From the NCBI GenBank assembly GCA_900321445.1, contig ONWB01000016.1, positions 1 to 45,354 of the forward strand: a DNA stretch of 45,354 bases. The letters are read 5' to 3'. Under the pieces are notes generated by a model. That model did no database searches, was not told the origin of the DNA, and saw only the letters and a program-made list of their open reading frames with translations. The position numbers and the translations under genes are program-made. This stretch comes from an uncultured Prevotellaceae bacterium (GTDB lineage Bacteria > Bacteroidota > Bacteroidia > Bacteroidales > Bacteroidaceae). This document shows positions 27,189 through 36,492 of this stretch, in pieces (position 1 is the stretch's first letter; each line of letters opens with the position of its first letter).

Positions 27189-28781
27189 ATGTTTCGCTTC
27201 GCAGATCCACAATATCTATATCTACTCCTCCTGCTACCGTTGCTCATTGCGCTACGTGTAGGCTACGGCTACCATGCACGTTCGCGTAGCGTGCGCCTTG
27301 CCGATGCCGACCTGCTTGACCAGATGGCACCGCGACGCTCCCGCATGCGTCGGGGACTGAAGTTCTCGCTCGTTATCGGCGCTCTGGCGGCTTTGATCGT
27401 GATGGTCGCACGTCCGCAGTACGGCGAGAAAACAGTCACGCAAGGTAAGGGTGGAATCGAGGTGTGCTTCATGCTCGACGTGTCCAATTCTATGCTCGCA
27501 CGCGACGCATCTCCCAATCGTCTGGACCGTGCACGCCTCCTCATCTCCAATATGCTCGACCGTCTCGAAGGGAGCAAGGTTAGCTTCGGAGTCTTTGCAG
27601 GGCAGGCCGTACCGCAGCTACCACTCACCGGAGACTTCAACGCTGCGCGCATACAGCTCGACGCTGTAAGTCCCAGCATGCTCACTGTCCAGGGAACTGA
27701 CCTCGGAGAAGCCATCACATACGGTGCGTCGCTGTTCTCAGACCGCGAAGTGGGCAAGGCGCTTGTCGTCATCACTGACGGCGAGGACCATTCGCAGAAA
27801 GCTGAGGAAGCTGCCAAGAAAGCCCACGACAACGACGTGACGCTCTACGTATTAGGCATAGGCTCCACGCAAGGTGCTACGATACCCCTCGACGACGGGC
27901 CGCTCACCGACAAGGACGGCAACGTCGTCAAGACATGCCTCAACGAGGACATGTGCCGTCGCATTGCCGAGGTCGGCGAAGGCTTGTACCTGCACGTTGA
28001 TAACAGCAACCACGCCCAAGAAACCCTGCTCGAAGCCTTCCGACAACTCCCGCAAGCCGAACAGGAGTTCCAGACGACGGAGGCAGGAGAACAATATCAG
28101 GCCTTTGGAATAATCGCCCTGCTACTGCTGCTCGTCGGCGTGCTTGTATTTGAAGGAAAGATACCTCTCTGCACCCGCTGCTATGAAAACTCCCATAATC
28201 ATCATCTTCTTCTCCCTCCTCGCCACTGGCGCCTCCGCGCAAACGCCATTCTGGAGCCAGATGTCGCGCGGAAACAAGAGCTTCGCAAAGAAAGACTATG
28301 CCGCAGCGTCCAACAATTATCGGCGCGCGCAGGCACTTCGTCCCGAGGATGCGCGTCCGACCTTCAACCTCGGCACGTCGCTCTTGGGGCAGCAGGATGC
28401 CAACGCGGCGATGGATACGTTCAGCAAGGCTGCCGAGGCAGCTTCAGACCCCATACTGCGAAGCATGGCGCACTACAACATGGGCTACATTGCACAACAG
28501 TCGTCGCTGACGTCGGAACCGCAGCAGAAGCCCGAGTATCTCAAGCAGGCCATCGAGCATTACAAGAACGCACTGCGTGCAAATCCTGCCGACGACAATG
28601 CTCGCTACAACCTCGCGCTATGCCAGAAGCAGCTGAAGGATGCACAGCAACAGCAGCAACAACAAAATCAGCAGCAACAGCAGCAGGATCAGAACAAGGA
28701 ACAGCAGGACAAGCAGCAGCAACAGCAAGACCAACAGCAGAACCAAGATCAAAACCAGCAACAGCAGCAGAATCAGCCTGA
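27189..28781 (+). CDS. batB: BatB VWA-domain protein; homology ends near 28170 and the ORF runs on out of frame over batC
   Basis: MFRFADPQYL, DVSNSM and ITDGEDH motifs; C-terminal TM at about 28105-28150 is followed by an unnatural ~200-aa tail. Confidence 0.8.
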   Translation: MFRFADPQYLYLLLLLPLLIALRVGYGYHARSRSVRLADADLLDQMAPRRSRMRRGLKFSLVIGALAALIVMVARPQYGEKTVTQGKGGIEVCFMLDVSNSMLARDASPNRLDRARLLISNMLDRLEGSKVSFGVFAGQAVPQLPLTGDFNAARIQLDAVSPSMLTVQGTDLGEAITYGASLFSDREVGKALVVITDGEDHSQKAEEAAKKAHDNDVTLYVLGIGSTQGATIPLDDGPLTDKDGNVVKTCLNEDMCRRIAEVGEGLYLHVDNSNHAQETLLEAFRQLPQAEQEFQTTEAGEQYQAFGIIALLLLLVGVLVFEGKIPLCTRCYENSHNHHLLLPPRHWRLRANAILEPDVARKQELRKERLCRSVQQLSARAGTSSRGCASDLQPRHVALGAAGCQRGDGYVQQGCRGSFRPHTAKHGALQHGLHCTTVVADVGTAAEARVSQAGHRALQERTACKSCRRQCSLQPRAMPEAAEGCTATAATTKSAATAAGSEQGTAGQAAATARPTAEPRSKPATAAESA

Positions 28782-28920
28782 GCCCAACGACCAGCAGCGC
28801 CAGGATCGTGATCCGCAGACGCAGCAGCTGCTAAACCTCTCCAGGCAAGCAGAGCAACGCACACGCGACCGCATAAACGCTACGCCGCGCAGACAATATC
28901 GCACCGACAAGGACTGGTAA
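28183..28920 (+). CDS. batC: BatC TPR protein with poly-Gln linker
   Basis: Signal-like MKTPIIIIFF..ASAQ, TPRs (HYNMG, ARYNLA), Q-rich tract, C-terminal KDW. Confidence 0.85.
   Translation: MKTPIIIIFFSLLATGASAQTPFWSQMSRGNKSFAKKDYAAASNNYRRAQALRPEDARPTFNLGTSLLGQQDANAAMDTFSKAAEAASDPILRSMAHYNMGYIAQQSSLTSEPQQKPEYLKQAIEHYKNALRANPADDNARYNLALCQKQLKDAQQQQQQQNQQQQQQDQNKEQQDKQQQQQDQQQNQDQNQQQQQNQPEPNDQQRQDRDPQTQQLLNLSRQAEQRTRDRINATPRRQYRTDKDW
28642..28775 (+). repeat. CAG/CAA-rich low-complexity tract (poly-Q of BatC)
   Basis: Encodes QQQQQQQNQQQQQQDQNKEQQDKQQQQQDQQQNQDQNQQQQQNQ. Confidence 0.85.
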
Positions 28921-28945
28921 TGTATCCGCGTCAATAAACAACGAA

Positions 28946-31552
28946 ATGAAAAGACTCTTTCTTCTCACGATATTCCTCGTTCCCGCCATGCTCTTGGCGC
29001 AGCGACTCACGATTGAGCCGCCCCAGGAGGTACGCGCGGGCGTGCCCTTCCAGCTTAGGTACTTCGTGGATGCCGACGCTGACCCCTCGGACTTTCACTT
29101 GCAGCTGCCAAGCGGACTGCGCCTGCTAAATTCTGCAAGGAAAAGCAGTTTTAGCAGTACGACCATCGTCAACGGACGACGTACCGATGAGCGAGGTACA
29201 AACCTCACGCTTGTGGTTCAGGCGCAGCACGCGGGAACATTCCGCGTCCCTGCTGCGTCGCTTCGCCTCAACGATGGACGTACAATCACGTCGAACTCCT
29301 TCAGCTTTGTGGCTGTGGACGACGACAAGCCTGCGCCCTCGCACAACGGGGAGCCATCGATGCAACCAATAGGAAGCCGCATCACCGAGAACGATGCCTT
29401 CGTAATGGCTTCGGCAGACCGCACGGGCGTACTCGAACAGCAGCCGGTGCTCATTTCCCTGCGCCTTTATACACGCGTCGGCGTTGCCGTAGATAATCCT
29501 ATGCTCGCCGGCTCGTTGCCAGAGGTGGAGGGCGCATCCATCCAGAACGTCTCGCCTGGCGCCTCGCAGATGGACATCGTGCAGAATGGAGGAGTATCAT
29601 ACCATGTGCGTACGATAGGACGCTTTATGCTGATTCCCTCAAAAGCCGGAACCATCACGCTTCCTGCCATCACCATCCGCGCTACGGCATTGCAGCGCCG
29701 TCAGTTCACGAACCCACTGGACGAATTTTTCAACAATGCATCTACACGCATCGGCATACCCATAGAACGCTCGACGAAACCACTGACGATACGTGTCGAG
29801 GCTTTGCCGGAACCGCGTCCTGCCGACTTCTCGGGTGGAGTAGGGCAGATGCAGCTAAGCGCAAGCCTTCTCAAACCCGAAGTGCGAGCCAACGACGTTG
29901 CCACACTGCGTCTTCGACTTTCTGGCGTAGGCAACATGAAGCACCTTTCAGCACCATCCGTAAGCTTTCCGAGCGACTTCGAAACATATAGTCCCAAGAC
30001 TACAGATTCCACCAAACTTACTCGCGATGGCGACGTGGGTATTGTGAATTTCGACTATACCTTCGTGCCGCGAAATGCAGGCCACTACGAGATTCCTGCC
30101 CTCACATTCACATATTATGATACGGGAAAACGCAGTTACGAAACGCTTCGCACTGAGCCTGTGAGCTTTGACGTTCAACCCGACGACAGACCTGCTGCCG
30201 ACGTTGAGGCAGAACGCGAACTCCGACAAAGCGACATTGCACCGCTACGTCGCGACAAAGCAAGGCTTTTCTCCGAGGAAAATCCATCGTGGTGGGGTAC
30301 GTGGAGCTATTGGCTCACACTCTTGCTCATCATTGTGGCTTACTTCCTGCTGCGTCCTTTGGTGCGCCGCTATCTTGCACGCCTTGCCGACCACGAAGGA
30401 ATGCGTCGCAGTCGTGCCGGACGCGTGGCGAATAAGCGCCTACGCACAGCGCAGCAACTGCTTGCTGTTCCCGAAGCCCAGGCATCGGCTTTCTACGACG
30501 AACTGGCGCATGCTTTGGAAGGCTACCTTGCAGACAAATTCTCGTTGCCAGCGTCCGAACGTACTCGCGAGCGCATTGCGGAAATTCTTGCAAGCACAAA
30601 TGTTCCCGACGAAGCTGCGCAAATGTTTACCGATGCCCTTGAACAGTGCGACATGGCACGCTTCGCACCATCAGCAGCGCAGAATCGCCGTTCGCTCTAC
30701 GACCTTGCGGCGCACGCCATCGAGGGACTTGAGACAAAGGGCGCTTCAAAGAAAAAGGACATGACGCAGAAAAATCCTGTCGAAGGGTTGGCGACGGTTT
30801 TCGTAGCACTCACAATCACGTTTGTGGGCTTTATGATTCCCACGGCGTCCCATGCTACGCGTGCAGACTCCCTGAAAACTATGGGCGACAGCCTCTACGA
30901 CGCACAGCTCTACGTTGAAGCGGCGGCATCCTACGAGGATGCGCTTAAGGACGGCGCATGTGCTGCTCTTTTGCAGAATCTCGGAAATGCCTATTTCCGT
31001 ATGAATGACTTTACAAAAGCCACCATAGCATACGAACGTGCGTTGCGCATAGAACCTTACAACAAGGAACTGCGCCACAACATAGCACTCTGCGCTACGA
31101 AGATCGAGGACCGCTTCGCCCAGAAGCAGGAAATGTTCTTCGTAACATGGACACGGACGCTTCGCGACAGCCTCTCGACAGATGCTTGGGCGGTGTTGGG
31201 CATTGTTTTCTTCCTGCTGTTCGTATGCGGACTTGCGCTTTATCAACTCTCTGAGCGCCAACGTCTGCGCAAGGTGGGATTCTTCGGCGGCGGATTTGTG
31301 CTTCTGCTCTTCCTGGCAACGCAAATGTTTGCTTTAAGCCAGCGCAGTGAGCTCCGAAACCGCCAGCGTGCCGTCGTGACGGCATCTCCGGCGCAGCTCC
31401 ATGAGAGCTCGGCACCACAAAGTCGCACAGAGAAGGAACTACATCCTGGTGTGGGTGTTACCTTGACGGACTCCACGCGAGAAGCCTACGAGGTGGAATT
31501 GCCCGATGGTACTCGCGGATGGATGCTCCGTGGAGATGTGGAGAGAATATGA
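28946..31552 (+). CDS. batD: BatD-BatE fusion protein
   Basis: Signal peptide, BatD domains, TM and CDMARFAP, then in frame a TPR (NLGNAYFR), two TMs and SH3b (ELPDGTRGW) typical of BatE. Confidence 0.88.
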   Translation: MKRLFLLTIFLVPAMLLAQRLTIEPPQEVRAGVPFQLRYFVDADADPSDFHLQLPSGLRLLNSARKSSFSSTTIVNGRRTDERGTNLTLVVQAQHAGTFRVPAASLRLNDGRTITSNSFSFVAVDDDKPAPSHNGEPSMQPIGSRITENDAFVMASADRTGVLEQQPVLISLRLYTRVGVAVDNPMLAGSLPEVEGASIQNVSPGASQMDIVQNGGVSYHVRTIGRFMLIPSKAGTITLPAITIRATALQRRQFTNPLDEFFNNASTRIGIPIERSTKPLTIRVEALPEPRPADFSGGVGQMQLSASLLKPEVRANDVATLRLRLSGVGNMKHLSAPSVSFPSDFETYSPKTTDSTKLTRDGDVGIVNFDYTFVPRNAGHYEIPALTFTYYDTGKRSYETLRTEPVSFDVQPDDRPAADVEAERELRQSDIAPLRRDKARLFSEENPSWWGTWSYWLTLLLIIVAYFLLRPLVRRYLARLADHEGMRRSRAGRVANKRLRTAQQLLAVPEAQASAFYDELAHALEGYLADKFSLPASERTRERIAEILASTNVPDEAAQMFTDALEQCDMARFAPSAAQNRRSLYDLAAHAIEGLETKGASKKKDMTQKNPVEGLATVFVALTITFVGFMIPTASHATRADSLKTMGDSLYDAQLYVEAAASYEDALKDGACAALLQNLGNAYFRMNDFTKATIAYERALRIEPYNKELRHNIALCATKIEDRFAQKQEMFFVTWTRTLRDSLSTDAWAVLGIVFFLLFVCGLALYQLSERQRLRKVGFFGGGFVLLLFLATQMFALSQRSELRNRQRAVVTASPAQLHESSAPQSRTEKELHPGVGVTLTDSTREAYEVELPDGTRGWMLRGDVERI

Positions 31553-31587
31553 CATTCTTTAGCACACAAAAAAGCCGCAAACAGACG

Positions 31588-31650
31588 CTCTGACGCGGAA
31601 AACTTGTGCTTCGACATAGAAAATAAGCGTTCCGACACAGAAAAAAACGG
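31588..31650 (+). repeat. Degenerate 21-bp tandem repeat (3 units)
   Basis: GAC at 31592, 31613 and 31634, each followed by nnnGAAAA. Confidence 0.65.
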
Positions 31651-31714
31651 CGCGAAGGTAGCTTTTTAATTTTCTTTTGCTATCTTCGCGCTGTCATTGT
31701 ACATTGTTTATATC

Positions 31715-32341
31715 ATGATCATCATCGGTATTGCTGGCGGCACAGGTTCAGGAAAAACCACCGTCGTACGAAAAATCATAGAGCAGCTTCCTGAAGGACG
31801 CGTCTCTGTAGTTCCGCAAGATTCTTACTACAAGGCTGCGCAGCCGGGAGTGCCTCTCGAGCAGTTGAGGAAAAAGAATTTCGACCATCCCGACGCTTTC
31901 GACTGGGAACTCTTGGAGGAACAAATACGTTGCCTGCGTGAAGGAAAGTCTATTGAACAGCCAGTATATTCGATGCTTACCTGCGACCGTACGTCGGAAA
32001 CCGTGCATGTTGAGCCTTCGGACGTGATCATCATCGAGGGCATTATGGCTCTTTATCGCAAGGAGCTTCGTGACATGATGGACCTGCGTATCTTTGTGGA
32101 TGCCGGTCCCGACGAGCGCCTCATTCGCGTGATGGAGCGCGACGTCATCGAGCGCGGACGCACAGCGCGACAAGTGATGGATCGCTATCGCAGCGTGCTG
32201 AAACCCATGCACAAGCAGTTCATTGAACCGACGAAGGAGTATGCTGACCTCATCATCCCGCAGGGTGGAAACAATACCCGTGCTATCGAGATCATGAGGA
32301 TATATATCGAGAAGATACTGCACGGCGGACACATCAAGTAG
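31715..32341 (+). CDS. udk: Uridine kinase
   Basis: IGIAGGTGSGKTT, QDSYY, NFDHPDAFD and RDVIERGR motifs. Confidence 0.95.
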   Translation: MIIIGIAGGTGSGKTTVVRKIIEQLPEGRVSVVPQDSYYKAAQPGVPLEQLRKKNFDHPDAFDWELLEEQIRCLREGKSIEQPVYSMLTCDRTSETVHVEPSDVIIIEGIMALYRKELRDMMDLRIFVDAGPDERLIRVMERDVIERGRTARQVMDRYRSVLKPMHKQFIEPTKEYADLIIPQGGNNTRAIEIMRIYIEKILHGGHIK

Positions 32342-32454
32342 CCTGTGCATGCGTTATGCCGCTGACGAAAATAGCAGGAAGTCGGAGGCTGCGCCCGTTT
32401 GATATGCGACGCGTAATTTATCATGGTTTGCGCCTTGCGCGGAGAGCTTTGCAC

Positions 32455-32519
32455 AAAAAAAATTGATTGTCTCACGACAACCAATCTTTACTAACCTTAA
32501 ATCTAATACCATGAAAAAC
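32455..32519 (-). ncRNA. Candidate ~65-nt small RNA
   Basis: Own promoter (TTTG-20 nt-TATCTTTG, 32555-32524) and intrinsic terminator ATTGGTTGTC-gtga-GACAATCAAT-T run; no meaningful ORF. Confidence 0.75.
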
Positions 32520-32565
32520 GGTGCAAAGATACGGGCGAAATCAAGTCCTGACAAATGTTTTTAAG

Positions 32566-32601
32566 AAAAAACCGCAAAAAAATATGTTTTTGCGGTTTTT
32601 T
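32566..32601. terminator. Perfect palindrome; bidirectional terminator or operator
   Basis: AAAAAACCGCAAAAA-aatatg-TTTTTGCGGTTTTTT. Confidence 0.6.
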
Positions 32602-32721
32602 CCTTTCTTTCTGCAAAGCAGACTTTTCGTTTTTCTTATGATTTGCTATGTTTTTTGCCAAATTCGGACTAAAGATTCTCGGCTCCGAGGACCATATTTC
32701 GGGCTAAAAATACGTTTTATA

Positions 32722-33765
32722 CTATAGTAAATGCTTGTATGCTTCGACGGCGCGTTCCACTGTTCGCACAGCATCTTCGATAGGAAAGGGGAGCTCGCCT
32801 CCGCTGGCGTTCATGTGGCCACCTCCGTTGAAGAATTCCTCAGCCATACGGTTGCAGGGGAAGTCGTCGACGCTGCGCAATGATACGCGCACGACGTCGC
32901 GCTCAGTGTCCTCGCGCAAGGATATGCTCAGTCGCGAGCCCTTCACCTGTAGCGGCATGTTCACGAGTCCCTCGCCGTCGCCGCGAATGAAGTGCAAGCG
33001 TTTCATCTCCTCGCGCGTCAGCGTAAAATATGCAGCGCGCCCTTCCGCAAGCCATTTTACCTTTTCGTAAAGAACATATCCTTGCAGCTTGAGCCGCCAA
33101 GCACTGAAGCTGTGATAGACGTTTCGGTAGATGCGATCCTTGTCGATGCCCTTTTGTACGAGGAGCGCGATGACTTCGTAGATTTCGGGGTAGGACGACG
33201 AGTAGGCAAGGTTCCCCGTGTCGGTCATGAGGCCGCAGTAAATGTCGGTAGCCATGTCCAGCGACATACCCTCGTAGGCTCCGAGTTGCAGCAGCAGTCG
33301 GAAGACGATTTCGGAGGTAGAACTGAGTTCAGGCTGCGACACGGCAAAGTTGAATTCCTTCAGGGCGGGTGCGAGGTGGTGGTCGATGAGTAGCCGCTTG
33401 GCGTGGGATGAAGCTACGCACTCCCCCATGTTCTGCAGGCGCGAGAGCGTGTTGAAGTCGAGGCAGCAGATGAGGTCGGCATCGGCAATAAGCTGCTTCG
33501 CTGTTTGTGTGTGGCGGTCAAAGTATGTTACCTTGTTCGCTTCTGGAAGCCATTGCAGGAAGTCCGGACAGGGGTTGGGGAGCACTACGCTCACCATCTT
33601 GCCCAGTCCTCGCAGGTAGGCGGCCCATGCCAGCGTGGAGCCCATTGCGTCGCCGTCGGGCGAACGATGAGCGCAGACGACGACCTTGCGGCTGTCCTGC
33701 AAGAGTTTCATTAGGTCGATTGTCTCGGAAAGCGAGAGCAAGTGTAAGTTTTCGTACGTGCTCAT
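32722..33765 (-). CDS. DHH family phosphoesterase (NrnA-like)
   Basis: HRSPDGDAMGS, LIDHH, TDTG and GGGHMNASG motifs; ATG 33765 overlaps the rpe stop. Confidence 0.92.
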   Translation of the reverse strand: MSTYENLHLLSLSETIDLMKLLQDSRKVVVCAHRSPDGDAMGSTLAWAAYLRGLGKMVSVVLPNPCPDFLQWLPEANKVTYFDRHTQTAKQLIADADLICCLDFNTLSRLQNMGECVASSHAKRLLIDHHLAPALKEFNFAVSQPELSSTSEIVFRLLLQLGAYEGMSLDMATDIYCGLMTDTGNLAYSSSYPEIYEVIALLVQKGIDKDRIYRNVYHSFSAWRLKLQGYVLYEKVKWLAEGRAAYFTLTREEMKRLHFIRGDGEGLVNMPLQVKGSRLSISLREDTERDVVRVSLRSVDDFPCNRMAEEFFNGGGHMNASGGELPFPIEDAVRTVERAVEAYKHLL

Positions 33766-34406
33766 TCTCCGCGCAGTATTTCGATTTCGCGAACAGGATC
33801 TTCGGCACCGAAGACGGCGCTTCCCGCAACGAGAATGTCGGCACCAGCTTCCTCCAGCAGACGAGCCGTGCGACGGTTTACGCCTCCGTCTATTTCCACG
33901 AGAGCGCCCGAGTCGCGTTCTGCTAGCAGGTTCTGGAGCCGTCGCGTCTTGTCGAGGGTGTTTTCGATGAACGTCTGTCCGCCGAATCCCGGGTTCACGC
34001 TCATCAGCAGCACGACATCTGCTTCCGTCAGTATCTCCTCGATTGCCGCCAGCGGCGTATGCGGATTCAGCGCCACGCCAGCCTTCATGCCGGCTTCCCG
34101 TATCTGCGTAAGTACGCGATGCAGGTGTGTGCATGCCTCGGCATGTACCGTCATGACGCTAACGCCCAGGTCTGCCAGGCGCTGCGTGTAGAATTCTGGA
34201 TGAACTGTCATCAGGTGGGCGTCGAGCGTCAGCTTAGTGTTTCGTGCGACGGCTTCGATAACGGGAAAGCCGAAACTGATGTTCGGGACGAAGACGCCGT
34301 CCATGATGTCGAGGTGGAGCCAGCGTGCCTCGCTCTGTGATAACATGTCCAGCTCGTCGCCGAGTCGAGAGAAGTCGGCAGAGAGTAGGGAGGGGGATAT
34401 AATCAT
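33762..34406 (-). CDS. rpe: Ribulose-phosphate 3-epimerase
   Basis: SPSLLSADF, HLDIMDGVFVPN, MSVNPGFGGQ and EIDGGVN motifs. Confidence 0.96.
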   Translation of the reverse strand: MIISPSLLSADFSRLGDELDMLSQSEARWLHLDIMDGVFVPNISFGFPVIEAVARNTKLTLDAHLMTVHPEFYTQRLADLGVSVMTVHAEACTHLHRVLTQIREAGMKAGVALNPHTPLAAIEEILTEADVVLLMSVNPGFGGQTFIENTLDKTRRLQNLLAERDSGALVEIDGGVNRRTARLLEEAGADILVAGSAVFGAEDPVREIEILRGE

Positions 34407-34440
34407 TGTCTTGAGGCTTGGAAATGTGGTTTTCTGTGTG

Positions 34441-34497
34441 CAAAGATAAAAAAGTTTTCGCGCTGGAGAAAAGAAAGCGCGATTTTTCATACTTTTG
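34441..34497. promoter_or_regulatory. Back-to-back promoters for rpe and the S9 peptidase
   Basis: TATCTTTG on the minus strand (34448-34441) and TACTTTTG on the plus strand (34490-34497). Confidence 0.7.
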
Positions 34498-34526
34498 CGC
34501 CTCATTAAGACACAAACAGCACACTC

Positions 34527-36335
34527 ATGAAGCGCATACCACTTGAGGATTTCTTCCGCAACAGCCCTGAAACAGGTTTCCAGTTATCTCCCGATGGCCA
34601 CCACATCGCATACTTAGCTCCCTACGAGGATCGAATGAATATCTTCGTGCGTGAAGGCGATGGCTCGCGACAACTGACGTATGAAACTGCCCGCAGTATT
34701 GCTGGCTACTTCTGGGCGGACAACAAGCGCATCCTGTTCATGAAGGATACCAGCGGCGACGAGAACTACCAGCTCTATGGCGTCAACATCGACGGCACGG
34801 ACCTGCGCCCATACACATCCTTCGAGGGTGTGCGCACGACCATCATCGACGACCTCGAGGAGGTGCCCGACGAGATAATCATCGGCATGAACCGACGAAA
34901 CCCCGAAGCATTCGACCCATATCGCCTGAACCTGCAGACGGGAGAACTGACGCTGTTGGCAGAAAATCCCGGCAACTGGCAAGGATGGATGACGGATCAT
35001 GACGGCAAGTTGCGCAGCGTGACGGCCATCGTGGACGGTGTGAACACGCAGATACTATATCGCGACAGCGAGGACGAGGAATTCCGCCCCGTGCTGACGA
35101 CGAATTTCCGCGAGAGCGTATGCTTCCTTGAGTTTACTCCCGACAACCGCTACGTTTGGGCGGCTACGAACCTCGGCCGCGACAAGTCGGTGCTCGTCCT
35201 GATGGATCCTGCGACGTGCGAGGAGCTGGAATTGCTCTACGAGAACCCACAGTACGACGTCAACGCCATATCATACAGCCGTCGCCGCAAGCGTCTGCTC
35301 GGCGTGTTCTGCGTAGGACACAAGGATATCGTGCGCCACTATTTCGACGATGAGGAAGCAGCGTTCCGCAAGCGCATCGAGGCGCATTTCCCAGGCCAGC
35401 GCGTAGGCATGGCAGACGTCGATAAGGCAGAGGAGAACTACCTCCTCTACGTAGGCGGCGACCGCACACGCGGCGCATACTATTATTATAATATTGTGAC
35501 GGACGCTCCGCAGCTCATCGCCGATCTTGCTCCGTGGCTCAAGCCTGAAGACCTCGTTCCGATGCAGACCTTCACATATACAACACGCGACGGATTGCAG
35601 ATAGAAGCCTACCTTTCGATGCCGCAGGGCACTGAACACGATGCTCCGCTCGTGGTCATCCCGCACGGAGGTCCGTGGTCGCGCAACAGCTGGGGCTACA
35701 ACTCGGAAGTTCAGTTCCTCTGCAATCGCGGATATGCCGTTCTGCAGATGAACTTCCGCGGCTCCACGGGCTACGGGCGCCGCTTCCTTGAGGCCTCCTA
35801 CAAGGAGTGGGGTAGGAAGATGCAGGACGACATCACCGATGGCGTGCAGTACCTGATAGCACAGGGGACAGCCGACCCGAAGCGCATCGCCATCTACGGC
35901 GGCAGCTATGGCGGCTATGCCACGCTTGCGGGGCTCTGCTTCACGCCCGACCTCTACCGTTGCGGCATCGACTATTGCGGAGTCTCCAACCTCTTCACGT
36001 TTATGCAGACGATACCTCCCTATTGGAAGCCCCTTTTGGAGATGATCTACGAGCAGGTGGGCAATCCGGAAGAAGAGCGCGACCTGCTGGCAGCAGCGTC
36101 GCCGGCCCTGCATGCCGACAACATCAAGGCACCGCTCTTCATCGCGCAAGGCTCCAACGACCCCCGCGTCAACAAAGCCGAGAGCGACCAGATGGTGGCA
36201 GCCCTGCGCGCACGCGGCATCGAGGTCGAGTACATGGTGAAGGACGACGAGGGCCACGGCTTTGCAAATCAGGAGAACCGCTTCGACTTCTACCGCGCAA
36301 TGGAGCGCTTCCTCGAGCGATACATGCCCGTGTGA
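34527..36335 (+). CDS. S9 family serine peptidase (prolyl oligopeptidase/acylaminoacyl-peptidase-like)
   Basis: HGGP, NFRGSTGYG, nucleophile GGSYGG, NDPRV and EGHGF; no signal peptide. Confidence 0.93.
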   Translation: MKRIPLEDFFRNSPETGFQLSPDGHHIAYLAPYEDRMNIFVREGDGSRQLTYETARSIAGYFWADNKRILFMKDTSGDENYQLYGVNIDGTDLRPYTSFEGVRTTIIDDLEEVPDEIIIGMNRRNPEAFDPYRLNLQTGELTLLAENPGNWQGWMTDHDGKLRSVTAIVDGVNTQILYRDSEDEEFRPVLTTNFRESVCFLEFTPDNRYVWAATNLGRDKSVLVLMDPATCEELELLYENPQYDVNAISYSRRRKRLLGVFCVGHKDIVRHYFDDEEAAFRKRIEAHFPGQRVGMADVDKAEENYLLYVGGDRTRGAYYYYNIVTDAPQLIADLAPWLKPEDLVPMQTFTYTTRDGLQIEAYLSMPQGTEHDAPLVVIPHGGPWSRNSWGYNSEVQFLCNRGYAVLQMNFRGSTGYGRRFLEASYKEWGRKMQDDITDGVQYLIAQGTADPKRIAIYGGSYGGYATLAGLCFTPDLYRCGIDYCGVSNLFTFMQTIPPYWKPLLEMIYEQVGNPEEERDLLAAASPALHADNIKAPLFIAQGSNDPRVNKAESDQMVAALRARGIEVEYMVKDDEGHGFANQENRFDFYRAMERFLERYMPV

Positions 36336-36379
36336 AAGTGGAAAAAAGAGCCGTAAAGTGTTAAAATCGTGGAAAAATG

Positions 36380-36410
36380 TTTGTCGTGTCGCTGAGATAA
36401 CGTACCTTTG
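36380..36410 (+). promoter_or_regulatory. Promoter of the ECF sigma gene
   Basis: TTTG, 19-nt spacer, TACCTTTG. Confidence 0.75.
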
Positions 36411-36492
36411 CCGCCGATATTCTAAATTTTTAATCACAAAACGCAAGAGCCTATCGGAACATCATTACTCTAAACCAACCAGTTAGAAGGTA

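Noticed and set aside
28642-28775. Poly-Q tract as a novel repeat
   Set aside because: Q/K/D-rich linkers are a normal feature of BatC
33766-34134. N-terminal extension of the DHH ORF in the ORF track (similar extensions for rplS, rpe, the NSS transporter, batB and 3634-3867)
   Set aside because: They overlap neighbouring genes or promoters; downstream ATGs fit homology and operon coupling
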